Of a DNA stretch of 64,000 bases, positions 37,560 to 50,509 are shown in pieces. Source of the DNA: Eledone cirrhosa (taxonomy: Eukaryota); assembly GCA_964016885.1 (NCBI GenBank), contig OZ024740.1:212102001-212166000 (forward strand). Direction: 5' to 3'. The position numbers and the translations under genes were made by a program. The notes below the pieces were generated by a model. It ran no database searches and was not told the DNA's origin. It was given only the letters and a program-made list of their open reading frames with translations. The stretch's first letter is position 1, and each line of letters begins with the position of its first letter.

Positions 37560-38930
37560 CAATTGAAAACAAGAAAATTCACTCTTTGGAATATGGTGAA
37601 AAATATGAACAAAGCTGGAATCTATGAAAACTGGATCAACTCCACACCACTAATCTTACCCCATAAATTCCAAATAAAACCCATAACTAATGAGCCTGAA
37701 CAACAAAGGAAACTACGCGAACAAATGTCACTCAACAAAATGAATATGGAAATAGAACTCTTAAAATTAAGAGCTACCTCCAATGAACAAAAATATCAGG
37801 ATATTGACCAACAAATGGAGGAGGAATGTGCTAAATACAGTGAGGGACCAACCCTACAAAATGTGATTAAATCCTGGAAACGACTGCAGAATTGATATCA
37901 CGAAAACGATGTGAAAAATCTGAAAACTGTTTCCTTAAATATGAAGAGGATTTCAAAAATACACATCACCCAGAAAACCTCTTTATAAAGAAATTAAACA
38001 AAACAAGAACCCCCACAGAAACATTCATACTGCCAACCCTAACACACATAAACCACAGACAAAACCTCACTCAACACAAACAAATACAACCAGCTACAGT
38101 AGAAGAAACATACCCAACCATCACAACATAAGTACCCACAAAAATATCTCCTACAGAAACCAACCCCAAAACAAGATAGAACTAACCCACAACATAAACA
38201 GCATATACTTCAGAAGAAATCCACCTGGACCACATGAAATCCCAACAAACTTTTCCCCACATTAACAACTGCAACAGGTATCACCCCTAACACTACAAAA
38301 AACAACCTTTTATCAACACTATGTATTCTAGATGAATCCACCAAGACCACACAAAACCACCACTGAACCCTTACACAACAACGACAACAATGGGTACCAT
38401 TCCCAACACTGTTAACCCTCGAAAGAAAACATCCTACAGATCCATACAAAACAGACTATAATTACACCCAAAATAACATTCCTTTTTTAGAACAAAGACT
38501 GAAATACCAGGACACCCGATGGCTCCTATACATGAAAAACTGAAGGTAATTAACCTTTCAAAGAAATCACTAACTAACACAAAAATTAACATATTAAGTA
38601 AGAGACTGAAATTTACACCCACACCACAAAAATCAAACTTTCCTGAAATGAAAGATGACATCATGGAATTTTGACAAAAACTCAGACTAACCGAATACTT
38701 CTCCAATGACACCAACACTGAAGACGAATCAATAGTGAGAAACAAAAGTGATTTCTGCCCACACAAATGAAGGAACTCAGCACTGGACACCTACTGCAAA
38801 CACATGATCAACTTTCCCTATGAGAAAATTGAAAATAAACACACAAAATCGAACCTCTCAAAACATGAACGGAAAGAATTATTCACACTGAGATAACACA
38901 GAAATAACCATCAAAGAAGGCGATAAAATA
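37560..38930 (+). mobile_element. Degenerate Penelope-like element, N-terminal ORF region
   Basis: INLSKKSLT..ILSKRLKFTPTP..KLRLTEYF and a terminal IKEGDK resemble the PLE pre-RT region (NLS...KGL.F.PTP...IK.ADK). Many stops. Confidence 0.65.
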
Positions 38931-39074
38931 TTTTATATATTTTATAAAAAAATTGTTCTCCTTTTTTCAATAATGTAACTTTGACAGATTAAAGAAGAAA
39001 AAAAGAAAAAAAGATTCTTTAAATATATTTATATGCTGTTTCCATTCTTACTTTTTTCTACACACACATATATA

Positions 39075-39433
39075 CAGTTGCCCCCCCCCCCCAGTATTCG
39101 CGGGGTTTATGTTCCTAGAGCACTCGCGAAGAGTGAAAAACTGCGAATATTGGACATAGTCCATAAAAATGTCTATAAATGTCAAAATATAATTAAAAGG
39201 GGGGTGGGGAGCGTCTTATGTGGAGGGGCGTCCAATAGGCCAGCAAATATGGTATATTGTTATTAATAATTTAGCATTAAAAAATATATATTGCCACGAA
39301 AAAAGCCATTAAAATATCGCGGAAGATATTTACGATTCTGCGAATATGCGGTGGATTGCCATGAACAATTATTAGTTAGGTTCTAATGACAATTCTGTAA
39401 ATAACTGGGACTGCGAATGTTGGGGGTACACTG
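39075..39433. mobile_element. Tc1/mariner-type (Tigger-like) MITE
   Basis: CAGTTGCCCCC..AGTATTCGCG / CTGCGAATGTTGGGGGTACACTG termini with TA flanks. Confidence 0.7.
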
Positions 39434-39704
39434 TATATATATATATATATTTAGTTATACCATATACGTGGTTTTGTCTTTGCGTGTAATTGTTTTCACT
39501 GAACCAAATAATGACGTATTATCTTCGTTTTTTTCCTTTCTTTGTAAGGGAACGTTTCCACAAACCAAAGTATCGTCTTCCTGTCTTCCTTTGGTTGCAA
39601 CGTTTTTTGAAATATTTACTTCTGCGTTCACAGATTGACTTTTTTAGTTTCAGAAGATCTCGTTAAGGGTGAAAGCAGCGATTCTTTGCTTAAACTTTAA
39701 TCTG

Positions 39705-39747
<43 letters not shown>

Positions 39748-39935
39748 ATGATTTAGTGTTAAAAAATAAAAATTAATGGTAAAATAAAATTACATCTTTT
39801 AAAATGTCCTCCACCCCACATCTGAGGGTGTGTGACCCTAAGCTATAGTTTATTTAGCTTATAGGTATGTCCAGTACTGTATATATAGTGTAAAAAACAC
39901 TCCCTGAGGTATTTTCCCTCAGCAATATTGTTTAA

Positions 39936-40131
39936 CCCTTTAGCATTTACATTACTCTATATATACTATTATATTTTCATGGTAAAGGCTTTATCTCACA
40001 TAATATCGAATCTATGAGATTTTGGTGTTCTTTATGTTGAGAACAATACCTTAACATCAGTATGAGTGGCCAGTTATGGCCGATTAGAACAGAAAGAGGT
40101 GAGAGAATTCTGGCTGGATAATGCTAAAGGG
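39936..40131. mobile_element. piggyBac-like MITE; second copy at 40917-41124
   Basis: TTAA-CCCTTTAGCATT ... AATGCTAAAGGG-TTGA; copy 2 ends AAAGGG-TTAA. Confidence 0.7.
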
Positions 40132-40223
40132 TTGAATTTATTTTCTTCTTGAATTTATTTTCTTAAATCTGAATTTTGTTGTTGAAATGTCTCATATTGT
40201 CAAAAAAATCTTGTTTTTCCCAG

Positions 40224-40262
40224 GGAAAGGATATTGTCCAAGAACCAAGAAATAAAACTTCT
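40224..40262 (+). CDS. CCDC13: 39-nt host gene micro-exon, phase 0-0: GKDIVQEPRNKTS
   Basis: cttgtttttcccag acceptor and gtgagt donor; open frame compatible with the preceding exon. Assigned by context only. Confidence 0.6.
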
Positions 40263-40500
40263 GTGAGTATTATTTGAAACTAGTAAAAACATATTGTTGT
40301 ACCACCAGTAAAATACACACACATACACACTCACATACATCACTCACACACACACCTACACACACACTCACTTTTTAAATGATTGATTTGTTCGCAACCA
40401 TGGAAAACACACTTTGTTGACTTCAGAAAACTTTTCCCACAGAAAGATATTGAAATATGTCAATTTGTTATTATGATGTCACCATATTTTTGGTTTAAAC

Positions 40501-40821
40501 CAGTGGTGTACAACATATTCCATTGGCAGGCCACTTTTGAACATTGGAACAACTATTAGGGCCATAAATATTTATCAAACACTATTCCAAAGATTCACCA
40601 CAACTTCTTTCCATAACATTGAACTGCGAAATTATAACACACATGACCCCATCAGTGAAGCCCTTTAGTATAGGGCAACTAACAGAAAATTGTATTACGG
40701 TTACAACAAAAATTCTAAATAAGCCTACAAGGTAAAAATTATAAAAAAAGTTATCACGGGCCACTCTGACTGGTCTGGTGGGCCGGATTGTGGCCCATGG
40801 GCCGCCTGTTGCACGCCCCTG
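40501..40821. mobile_element. hAT (Charlie-like) MITE
   Basis: TIRs CAGTGGTGTACAAC / GTTGCACGCCCCTG; 8-bp TSD GTTTAAAC at 40493-40500 and 40822-40829. Confidence 0.88.
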
Positions 40822-42179
40822 GTTTAAACTATCTTTCATACTTTCTTTCTCTCTCTCACTGTATTTCTCCTCAACAACAACAACAATCTGTCACTATAGT
40901 GAGAATTATTTTTTAACTCTTTGATATTTACATTACTCTATATTTACTATTGTATTTTTGTGATAAAGGCTTTATGTCACTTAATTAGCTCACATAATAT
41001 CGAATTTACAAGATTTTGATATTATTTATTTAGAACAATACCTTAACGTTGGTTATGAACGACTGGTTTGAACAGAAGCAGTTAGAGAATTCTGGCAGGA
41101 TCCAGCAGTTAAAATGTTAAAGGGTTAAAGTCTGTTATCATTTTAATTTTGCTATCATAAACAATCCACCTCTCTTCCACACACACTCTCTCTCTCACTC
41201 TGTTTCTCTCACAACAACGACTTTTCACTCCTCCACTTTTTCCCTTCTTCTACATATCAGTTTGTGAAAGACAGACAGATGAAGAAACAGCTCTCCTTTT
41301 ATAATATAGATCAGCAGTCTGAGAAACATGAACTGATTAACAATTTAATTTTTTTACTATTGTTAGATATGATATATCACTGATACTATAATATATATGT
41401 TTAGATATATGATATACACTGTGCATATACATAAGATATAGTGAGTGTAAAAAAGGATTATATAATATGGCAGCGGTATTTAATTTTAAAATGTGTATTG
41501 GGGGAGCTAGAGAGGATGCTGAGTTGTATGTAGGAGTCATGTGAAAATGTTTTGTTACTCTCAGGTTTCAGATAATGCCCCCCCCCCTCCTCCTTATTAA
41601 TGTTTCAGACCCCCCAATCCCGCCCACTTATTAAATTTTAGTCAATCTGTCACTGGTGAAATTTTATTTAAGTGGTAGCATTCCTGTGTCAATTAATTTT
41701 CTTTAGACATTAAAAACATGCAGTTGACAAAAAAGTACATTACTAAAATCCCATAAGTTATAAAATAAATAGGATGGGTTGGAGTTTCAATATATAAACT
41801 AAACGACTAATCTGGTTTTTCAAAAATATCATGGGACACAACAGAAAAATTACCGATTTTCCACCCACACACGTTAATTCGACTGTAACCCCCCACCACC
41901 ACACGCACACTAATATTTGGGACCCAAGAGTAGCTAGGAAACTGAGAAGGTAGATCATATTCAAAACAGTAGCTAGAGTGAATGAAGTTGAGGCAACTGA
42001 GTGGAATGTTGATGAGAGGAGTGTTGCTGGAAATGAAGAGAATAGTGTATACTTCATGTGTGAGATGTGAGCATGATTTGTGAGAGCAATGCATAGATGA
42101 CTGGAGGATAGGAGAGATAAAAAGAATGTGGAAGAGAGTAGAGGATGAGGAAGACCAAGAAGAACATTTCTAATAATAA

Positions 42180-43416
42180 AAAACACACAGTCCACGCTGT
42201 AATGTGGCCGTGTAGGTAACACGGTGAAAAGCTCCCAGTCCACACTGTAAATGTGGTTGTTGTTAGGAAGGGCATCCAGCCGTAGAAAACCTGCCAGATA
42301 GTCCTATATGAGCGAGACACGGTCACCCGACCAACCTTGCCTCAAGCGGGACAACTCCCGTCTAACCCATGCTAGCGTGGAAAATGGACGTTAAACGAAG
42401 ATGATGATGATGTTGGTGATGATTGGAGTAAGAAATGCAGTTTGGGTTTGTGCCAAGTAAAAGTACCACAGATGTTCTTCTTGTACGACAACTAGCTAAA
42501 AGTAAACCCATCTACTTAGCTTTTGTAGACCTGGAGAAAGCCTTTGACAGAGTCCCCTGCTCCATTATCTGGTGGGCTCAGCAATGTTACATGCAGTGAG
42601 ACATGGGTATTGTGTGCAGAGGATCTGCGCAGACTGGAAAGGAACGAAGTGTGCATGCTCCATTGGATGTGCAATAGTAATATACGCGAACCGCAAAACA
42701 TAAATGAACTAAGTGAGAAATTAGGAATAAGAGGGATCAAATGCTGTTTACTTAAGAGAAGACTATGTTAGTATGGTCACGTGATGCGCATGAAAGACGA
42801 CAGCTGTATAAAAAAGTACAGGGCGATCAAAATTGATGGAAGTTACGGAGTAGGTAGACCCAGATAAACCTGGGACGATCTAATAAATTCCGACCTTACA
42901 CACTTGCACCTGTCTAAGACAATGTCACTGGACCGAAATCTTTGGCGCCACGCAGTAATACAGAAGACACGCCTTGCTATGTACCAAGCAAAACCTAGTC
43001 AGTAGGCACCTCTTAACCAAATATACACCCCAACCCACTACCTCTACTCTATCCTCTTACTCCCACTAACATCACCCTCTCTCTGTAAAGTTGGTACCAC
43101 AACATCCAGTCCAAATTAATGAGATAATGAGTTTGAGATTGTGTAGGTGTCACGACAAAAAAACACAGTCCACGCTGTAATGTGGTCGTGTAGGTAACAC
43201 GCTAAAAAGTTGCCAGTTCCACACTGTAAATGTGGTTGGTGTTAGGAAGGGCATCCAGCCGTAGAAAACCTGCCAGATAGTCCTATATGAGCGAGACACG
43301 GTCACCCGACCAACCTTGCCTCAAGCGGGACAACTCCCGTCTAACCCATGCTAGCGTGGAAAATGGACGTTAAACGAAGATGATGATGATGTTGGTGATG
43401 ATTGGAGTAAGAAATG
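42180..43416 (+). mobile_element. Internally deleted RTE between two near-identical RTE 3' tails
   Basis: 42180-42436 matches 43157-43416. The interior reads MQFGFVP, DLEKAFDRV, then jumps to SETW. Confidence 0.85.
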
Positions 43417-43891
43417 GTGTTGTGTTATTGTTGAATGAGATTTCATGCTTGAATCCTCATTGCAGCATGTACATAAAGTCCAAGCTCATGTTGAGTTGCA
43501 TCTTTGGCAGGAGGTGTTGACATTGCACATAGATGGAGCCTATAAGTGGAAGGTGAGAAAGATAGTTAAGAATGGCATCATATGTGGAGGTTTTGCTACA
43601 TGTCACATCCAGTATGTTGCTAACATAAAGAAAAAAGCATCTGATAGATAAATGAACCATAAGGTATATCTAAATTGTTATAGTGATTTAGAAAGAATCC
43701 TCATAATATACTCTGAAAAAGGGATATGTGATTGTGGGATTCCTTAGAAAGGCAGCTTTGTCATATGTCTATAACAAAGATATATATATATATATATGTA
43801 TGTAAAAGGTAAACAGAAATAACAACACAATTGGTACAGTATATGGAAGGGATATATTAGGTTAACGCTTGATATAGCAGGAAGAGGAGGG

Positions 43892-43927
43892 TCTTAATGT
43901 TTCGGACACTAGTCCTTCATCAGAAGA
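43892..43927 (-). ncRNA. Minimal PLE-type hammerhead (partly decayed)
   Basis: tctt-CTGATGA-a-ggac(tagt)gtcc-GAAA-ca-TT-aaga; stem III is probably a decayed ACGT palindrome. Confidence 0.6.
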
Positions 43928-43937
43928 AAGAATGAGA

Positions 43938-44378
43938 TATATATTGTTATATTTGGGGACGGTCATATTGTTATGATATTGTCAGAAATAATAATAAAAC
44001 ACACTCACTGTTTGGTTTGGTTTGGTTTGGATTGGATTGGTTTTTGCTTCTGTGTCTTTTATATCTCCATAGTTAATTTATCTGGTAATCAACGTTTCTC
44101 ATTGATTGACCAACGGTTAAAAATATGGAGATATAAAAGACACAGAAGCAAAAACCAATCCAATCCAAACAGTGAGTGTGTTTTATTATTATTTCTGGCA
44201 ATATTATAACAATATGACCCTCAAGTATAACAATATTTGTTTCAACACACGATTCCATATAAAAAAACCTTGCATAACAAATATATATATATAGGTTTTT
44301 GATATGAAATCATGTGTTGAAACAAATATTGTTATATTTGGGGAGGGTCATATTGTTATAATATTGTCAGAAATATTG
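43938..44378. repeat. Alternating inverted copies of a PLE-terminal sequence
   Basis: 43938-44070 is inverted at 44123-44240; 44190-44270 is inverted at 44293-44378. Same motif family as 51590-51650 and 58430-58500. Confidence 0.8.
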
Positions 44379-44504
44379 CTATATATTTTTATATATTATT
44401 TTTCTTACCCTTCTTTCATATATTTTTTCCTTATGTATATTTGCCGTTATTTTTCTAGCCTCACTTCCAAATTTTAACAGATTTTAAATCTCATTTCATA
44501 TTTT

Positions 44505-44584
44505 CTATCCATAACATGTCTGATGACTGATCCAGATGTATATTAATATTGTCTGGGATCCAGAAACCTTTGGTAATGGAGTAG
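44505..44584 (+). ncRNA. Hammerhead-like motif
   Basis: CTGATGA-ctgatccaga..tctgggatcca-GAAA-cc(ttt)gg-TA-atgga; stems I and II imperfect. Confidence 0.5.
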
Positions 44585-44669
44585 TTAAATTTTGTGTTGT
44601 TCACTTTCTAATTAAATAGCTCTGTTCTATACATAGAGCACTCTTTTTCTTTTTCTTCGGAATTACCTA

Positions 44670-44730
<61 letters not shown>

Positions 44731-44857
44731 GTACTATATCATAAGAATAGTGGAGAAAATATTATGATATATATTATGTTAGATGCCTTAAACAAAGCGA
44801 AGCATGCTCAATGCCTAAAGATGCAATATTAAAGTGGAGTTAATATTTAAGGAGAGT

Positions 44858-47575
44858 TATCATCATCATCATCATTATCATCATCATTTTACGTCCGCTC
44901 TTCCCTGCTTGCAAGGGTGGGACGGGTCTTATTCAGCACAGCATCTCCCCACTTGTCACGGTCCTTCGTCATCTCCACCGTGAGCTTCAGCTATCTGAGG
45001 TCTGTTCTCACCACCTCTACCCATGTTTTTCGTGGTCTACCTCTACTACGTCTTCCTTCACCTGGCATTTCCTGGCACTTCTTCACCCATCGGTCATCCT
45101 CCATGCGCATCACATGTCCATACCACCGCAGTCTCCTTTATCGCACTAGTCACACTACATTCTGTCCCTCTCAGACAGAGTTTCTCTCTCAACACATTTA
45201 TGCTGGGTCGTTCACGCACATTTACACTGCACATCCAACAGAGCATGCTTGCCTCATTTCTCTCCAGCCGTCACATATCCTCTGCAGTTGCTGCCCATGT
45301 CTCACTACCATGCAGCATCGTGGGAGAAACCCTTCTTCGTCAGCAGAGGAAGCAGCTCCCTAAACTTCTTCCAACCAGTCCTTATTCTAGCTACTATGAC
45401 CTCGGAACACCCCTCTCCCATGCTAATCTGATCTCCTAGGTACCGGAAGCTATCCACCACTTCTATAGCGCCCTCCTGCATTTGAAAAATGTGTCTATCA
45501 ATGCGACTTCTACTGTCTAATTTCTCTGTACATCTACTGCCTACGTATTTCTCCCTACCTGTTAGTTTGCCTGCTATCCCACTACATCTCTTGTGTACCC
45601 AGGATCTGTATTGTGTGCATTTTATAGAATTTATGCCAGTTCCTTTTCTGCATATCGAACATGGCCATTTCCCTGACAGAATCAGAGTTTTGTGCTCTTT
45701 TCTACTCATCAACACTTTTGTCTTAGCTAGATTCACTCTCAGCCCTCTTGCTTCCAACTGCTGTTTCCATAGCCAGAATTTATTCTCTAGCTCCTCTACT
45801 GATTCTGCTATAAGAACCAGATCGCTAGCATAGAGAAGTTCCCATAGACAGCCAGTCTTAAACTCCTCTGTTATGGCTTGGAGGACTATAATGAACAAGA
45901 GCAGGCTGAGGACCGAATCTTGATGTACTCCTCCTTGTATCTGGAATTCTCTAGGTCAACAAAGGCTAAGTATAGTGGCTTATTCTTCTATAAGAATCTC
46001 TCTTGTAATTGTCTTACCAAGAAGAGGGCATCAGTTGTACTTTTCCCAGGCACAAAACCAAACTGCATCTCATCTAGTTTGACTCTTTCTCTAATTAGTT
46101 GTGCTAATATCATTTCTGCCACTTTCATAACTTGATCCATCAGTTTTATACCCCTATAATTGCTCCTCTCCAGAGCATCCCCTTTACCGGTGTAGCAATT
46201 TATGAGAATAGTGCTGCACCAGTCTTTGGGTATGACACCACCATATATAGCCTGATTGATGATGCTTGCAACCAGTTTAGTGCCTACGTCCCTTGATGCC
46301 TTCAGCATCTCAGCAACTATCCCCGACGATCCAGCAGCCTTACCATTTTTCATTTCCTTAATCGCCTCTTGGACCCTATATTCGTCAATCCCAATAGCTG
46401 GTCCCTCTGTCGGATCTACTGAAGGTAATTTCTCTCTCCCATTCGTTCTCCACATTCATCAGTCTCTCATAATGACATTTCCAGGCCTCCTTTTTCTGAT
46501 CATTCGTGACACTAAGTACCCGGCATCATTCCAGACACATTTATCTCCAACAACATCCTGATTTGCATTGACACACTACCTTGCAATGTGGAACACTGCA
46601 CGTCTCTCATCTTCCCATCGCAGAATCTGGCAAACCTCCTACTCTCAGCCTCCATGCGTGCTAAGTACACCTGACGTCTAGCCTCTCTCTTAGCGGCTGT
46701 ATATCCTTCTCTACTCCCACCCTTTTTCCAAGCCTTCCATGCTAGTCTTTTGTCTCTAATGGCCTTATCTACTGTGCTGTTCCACCACCAGGTCACTCTG
46801 TCTGGTTGGAGCTCTGCTCCAGCCACAAGTTTCATCAGTAGCCTGCAGTAAGTTGTCACGTAAGAAATTCCAGTTATTATCCATGTCATACGACTCTAAA
46901 TCGTCTTCTCTTTCGTCATACACATCTTGAAGGGCTTTCCTAAATTTGTATTTTAGTGAACGGTCTTTTAGCTTCCAGACCTTTCTTCTCCACACCTTCC
47001 TGTATGTTTCATTCCATCTCTTGCTTACTGAGATATCACTAACGACTAACCTATGCTGTGGGGTACATTCTTCCCCAGGGTATGCCTGGTATTTGACACC
47101 ATCAGCCTGTCCCGCTGCCTAACTAGTAAGAAGTCAATCTGACTTATGTGCTCACCTGATTTGTAGATTATTAGGTGGTTGGCAGGTTTCTGGAAGTTAG
47201 TGTTGCAAATGGTCAGTGTACTTGCATTACAAAATTCAAGAAGTCTCACTCCTTCTTCATTTCTTGAGCCGTAACTGTGCCCACCATGTACCCCAGTGTA
47301 ACTATCCTGGAGCTGTCCAACATGACCATTGATGTCCCCTGCTAGCATAATGATGTCTCCGTCCTCTGTCATTGTGGCTGTTTGTAAAAGTTGCTCATAA
47401 CAGCAGTCTTTCTCTTCTTTACCTAGGCCTGCTTGAGGAGCAGAGGCAGAGATCATTGTCAGTAGTCTCCTGCCTACAACTAATCTAAGCTTAATTATTC
47501 GATTATTAACTCGAACTACCTCTACCGTCTTATTGATCCATCTCTCAGCCAATATCAATATGCCTACTCCCAATA
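44858..47575 (-). mobile_element. RTE-clade LINE, degenerate APE-RT
   Basis: APE motifs (GVGIL, GDINGHVG, SQIDFLL, QHRLV); RT motifs (NYRGIKL, QFGFVPG); (GAT)n tail at 44858-44888. Confidence 0.9.
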
Positions 47576-47784
47576 TCAATACAAATCATTTAAGAAGAAA
47601 AGATAATATACATCACTTATCAAATTAAATAACAGGTCAAAATAAAAGGGTGTCGGATGTATTACAATACTAAAATGTTATTTGGAAGAGTACTTGATAC
47701 TTGGGATTGTAGAGTGTGACTACTAGCTGTTGAAACAGCAAGAGCTCAGTCGTCGGGCCCCATCACTTTCTTATATATATATAT

Positions 47785-47917
47785 ATTTATTAAAATAACA
47801 AATAAGCAAAGAATCGCTGCTTTCACCCTTAACGGGATCTTCTGAATTTCAGGAGATCCCGTTAAGGGTGAAGGCAGCGATTCTTTGCTTAAACTTTAAT
47901 CTGTTATTTTAATAAAT
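47785..47917. repeat. Near-perfect palindrome of a PLE-terminal-like sequence; single arm also at 39648-39710
   Basis: 47804-47846 is the reverse complement of 47848-47890 with two mismatches and a 1-nt centre. Confidence 0.88.
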
Positions 47918-48029
47918 ATTTGCTCTACGGTTCTTATATATTTGATATATATTTATTCTTATCGAGCCCTCTTTGGATTTTAGTCTTCAAATTTAATATT
48001 ATTACTATGTATGTATATATATATATATA

Positions 48030-49318
48030 AGATCAAAAGATGGTTAAAAGAGTTCCATGTATTTTATTATGCGCATTTCAAAAACAAATATCATCATGCG
48101 ATGACATTTACGTTTTCGTCAGATAAAATAGGGAGACATGATATGACGGTTAAAAAACACTTGTGAATAGTGCAGTTTTAAATCAACATATGAAAAGTAG
48201 TTTTAGATTGATGTGTGATATTGGGAAAAAAATGAGGAGGGTGGGGGTGGAAAGGATGAAAAAGAGGAGGAGATGAGAGTAAAGAATGGAGGGGGAGGAG
48301 TATAATAAGGAAGGATGAGATAGGAGGAGAGATGGGTGATAGAGAGAGAGATAGCTTTTATAACTGAGAAAAATATATTGTTTTACAGAGAGAGGTTAAA
48401 AAACCGTTGGAAGATAATATATAAATTAAAAGAATTTGAAAATTAACGAAGAGAAAAATTTAAGAATAATGTTAAATTAAGGTTTGTATATTGAAGGGTT
48501 TAATAATATGTGCGATGAAAAGAAATTGTTAATATGTATTGAGAATAATATTAAATTAAGGTTTGAATATTGAAGGGTTTAATAATATGAGCGATGGAAA
48601 GAAATTGTTGATATGTATTATTAAAAATAAAAATAAAAATAGTAATGTAATTAAGGATATATTCTGAAAAGAAGTAGAAGAGTGGATGAATTATGAATTT
48701 AGAGGAATTAGTTAGTGTTTAAGTTTATTTTTATGTAATGTAATATGTATGTGTAATATATGTAAATAGTTTGTTTACAAATGAGCGCAGAAAGCAAAGA
48801 AGGAGTTAGTGTTTAAGGAGAAGACCTTAACATCAAAATATGTATGTTTATGAAGTGTTTCCTAATGGTAATAATATAATGTAATAAAGGAGATTAGTTA
48901 GGGTTTAAGTTTGTTTTTATGTGTTGTGATGTGTAATATGTAGAAGTTAGACGAGCATGAAAGGGAGAAAAAAATAATGAATTGAGGATGAATAATCTAA
49001 CGTAAAAAAAAATGTTTATGTTTGCGAAGGATTTTTCAAGGTGATACTATAAAGTATTTAAAAGGGTAATAGTAAGTTTTATGGCCAGTGATAGGATGGA
49101 AGAAGGAAGAGTGGATATATTGTGGTGAGTAATAATGAGAATTGAGAAGTATCTAGGAAGAAAAGGTACAGATTAGAGGTTAGAAATTAAAAGAAAAAAA
49201 GGAAAAAAGGAAGAAAGGGAAGTGATAAATAGGAATGATATAGAATGAGTAACTAGTATTATATAATGTATAATTAATAACATTGAATTAAGGTAGAAAG
49301 ATGGGTATATTTTTAAAG

Positions 49319-49378
<60 letters not shown>

Positions 49379-50430
49379 GTGCCTTTGAGAAAAAGGATTT
49401 TAAATTGGTAAAGTATTAGATATTAGCTGTATACTTTATGGAATGTTCTGTGGAATTTATGCAAGCAGAGAGAAAACAAGTCAGTGCGTCTATTTATTAT
49501 AGAATCTAAATTAGATATAATGGTAAATTTCTCACATAAACAGAGATTACATGTTTTGGATAGAGAGGCATTCAAGTATGGAGAGGCAGAACAAACCTTC
49601 CTCCAAGAGATGTTATAGTTAATATTTTTGTCTTTCAAGGACCATGAGTTCTGAGAGTGCCGTGTTGGTTCTTTTAAGTTGGTATTTAAAAAACGAATGA
49701 TGATTATAAAGACGAGCTTTAAAGGAGGTGGAAGTGGAGCCAAAATAGGTAAAGGAATTGGTGTCAGTTATAACTTTACATTCATAGATTAAGTTTTTTT
49801 CAAGACAATGGTTGTTGAAAGGACATTTATTTTTAACAGGAGGGCAATTACAATTGCGATTAGAGAAATTAATAGAGTTATTAACAAGTGACCTGGTGTT
49901 ATCTATAGGAGGAATTGGATTGGAGAAGTTATTTACGATAGGAATAATAGTTTCTTGATTTAGATTGGGATTAAGAACATTTAACGAAGTTGCGTTTGAC
50001 GTTGTATTTGGGTTTGCAGAAATTAGCCTAGGGTTAACAATGACGTCAGGAGTACTATTACTATTATTATGATATTCAGTGTTGGAAGGAAGAGTTTTAG
50101 TATTTAGCATTTTATTGTTGTGTTTAGAGATAATGTTGGAGATGTTGGAGGAGGTCGAATAGGAAAATTTTATAGTGTGTTTGTTAAATATTTTACTATA
50201 GATATGTGAGGGAGGGAAGCATTTATTTAAGGCACTAAAGAATAATTTAGGAATATTATTATTAATAGAGATGGAGAAAGGAGCATTATACCAGATTATG
50301 TTTTTGTATCTATGTCTTTTATTAAAGTTATTGGAATAATCATGATTAATTATTTTACTGTAATATCTAGGATTTGTTTCTTTACTGTATTTGATTTTAT
50401 CAGGATAACCGGCTTTAGAAAGCGCGTTAT
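48030..50430 (-). mobile_element. Penelope-like element 3' part: GIY-YIG endonuclease, long 3' UTR, terminal hammerhead
   Basis: CNC..CPF..HC..NLIYECKV..TYFGST..FKARLYNH (frameshift) ..CNLCLCEK..INRRTDL; Cys-rich linker as in Neptune-group PLEs. Confidence 0.85.
48062..48128 (-). ncRNA. Type I hammerhead ribozyme, intact core
   Basis: ttttat-CTGACGA-(16-position stem II with one mismatch, gcat loop)-GAAA-tgcgca-TA-ataaaa; palindromic stem III ATGCGCAT. Confidence 0.85.
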
Positions 50431-50440
50431 TATAGTAATT

Positions 50441-50509
50441 GGTGGTGGATTGGCAGTATCGGTAGAGGGTCGGACGCCATGCTTTCCAGGATAGTTACGT
50501 CCCTTTACG
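50441..50509 (+). mobile_element. SINE 5' fragment
   Basis: GGTGGTGGATTGGCAGTATCGGTAGAGGGTCGGACGCCATGC, broken off before the B box. Confidence 0.8.

Noticed and set aside
41160-41312. Helentron/HINE-like end (CTTTTATAATATAGAT); similar motifs at 55740-55930
   Set aside because: Suggestive only; no paired subterminal repeats confirmed.
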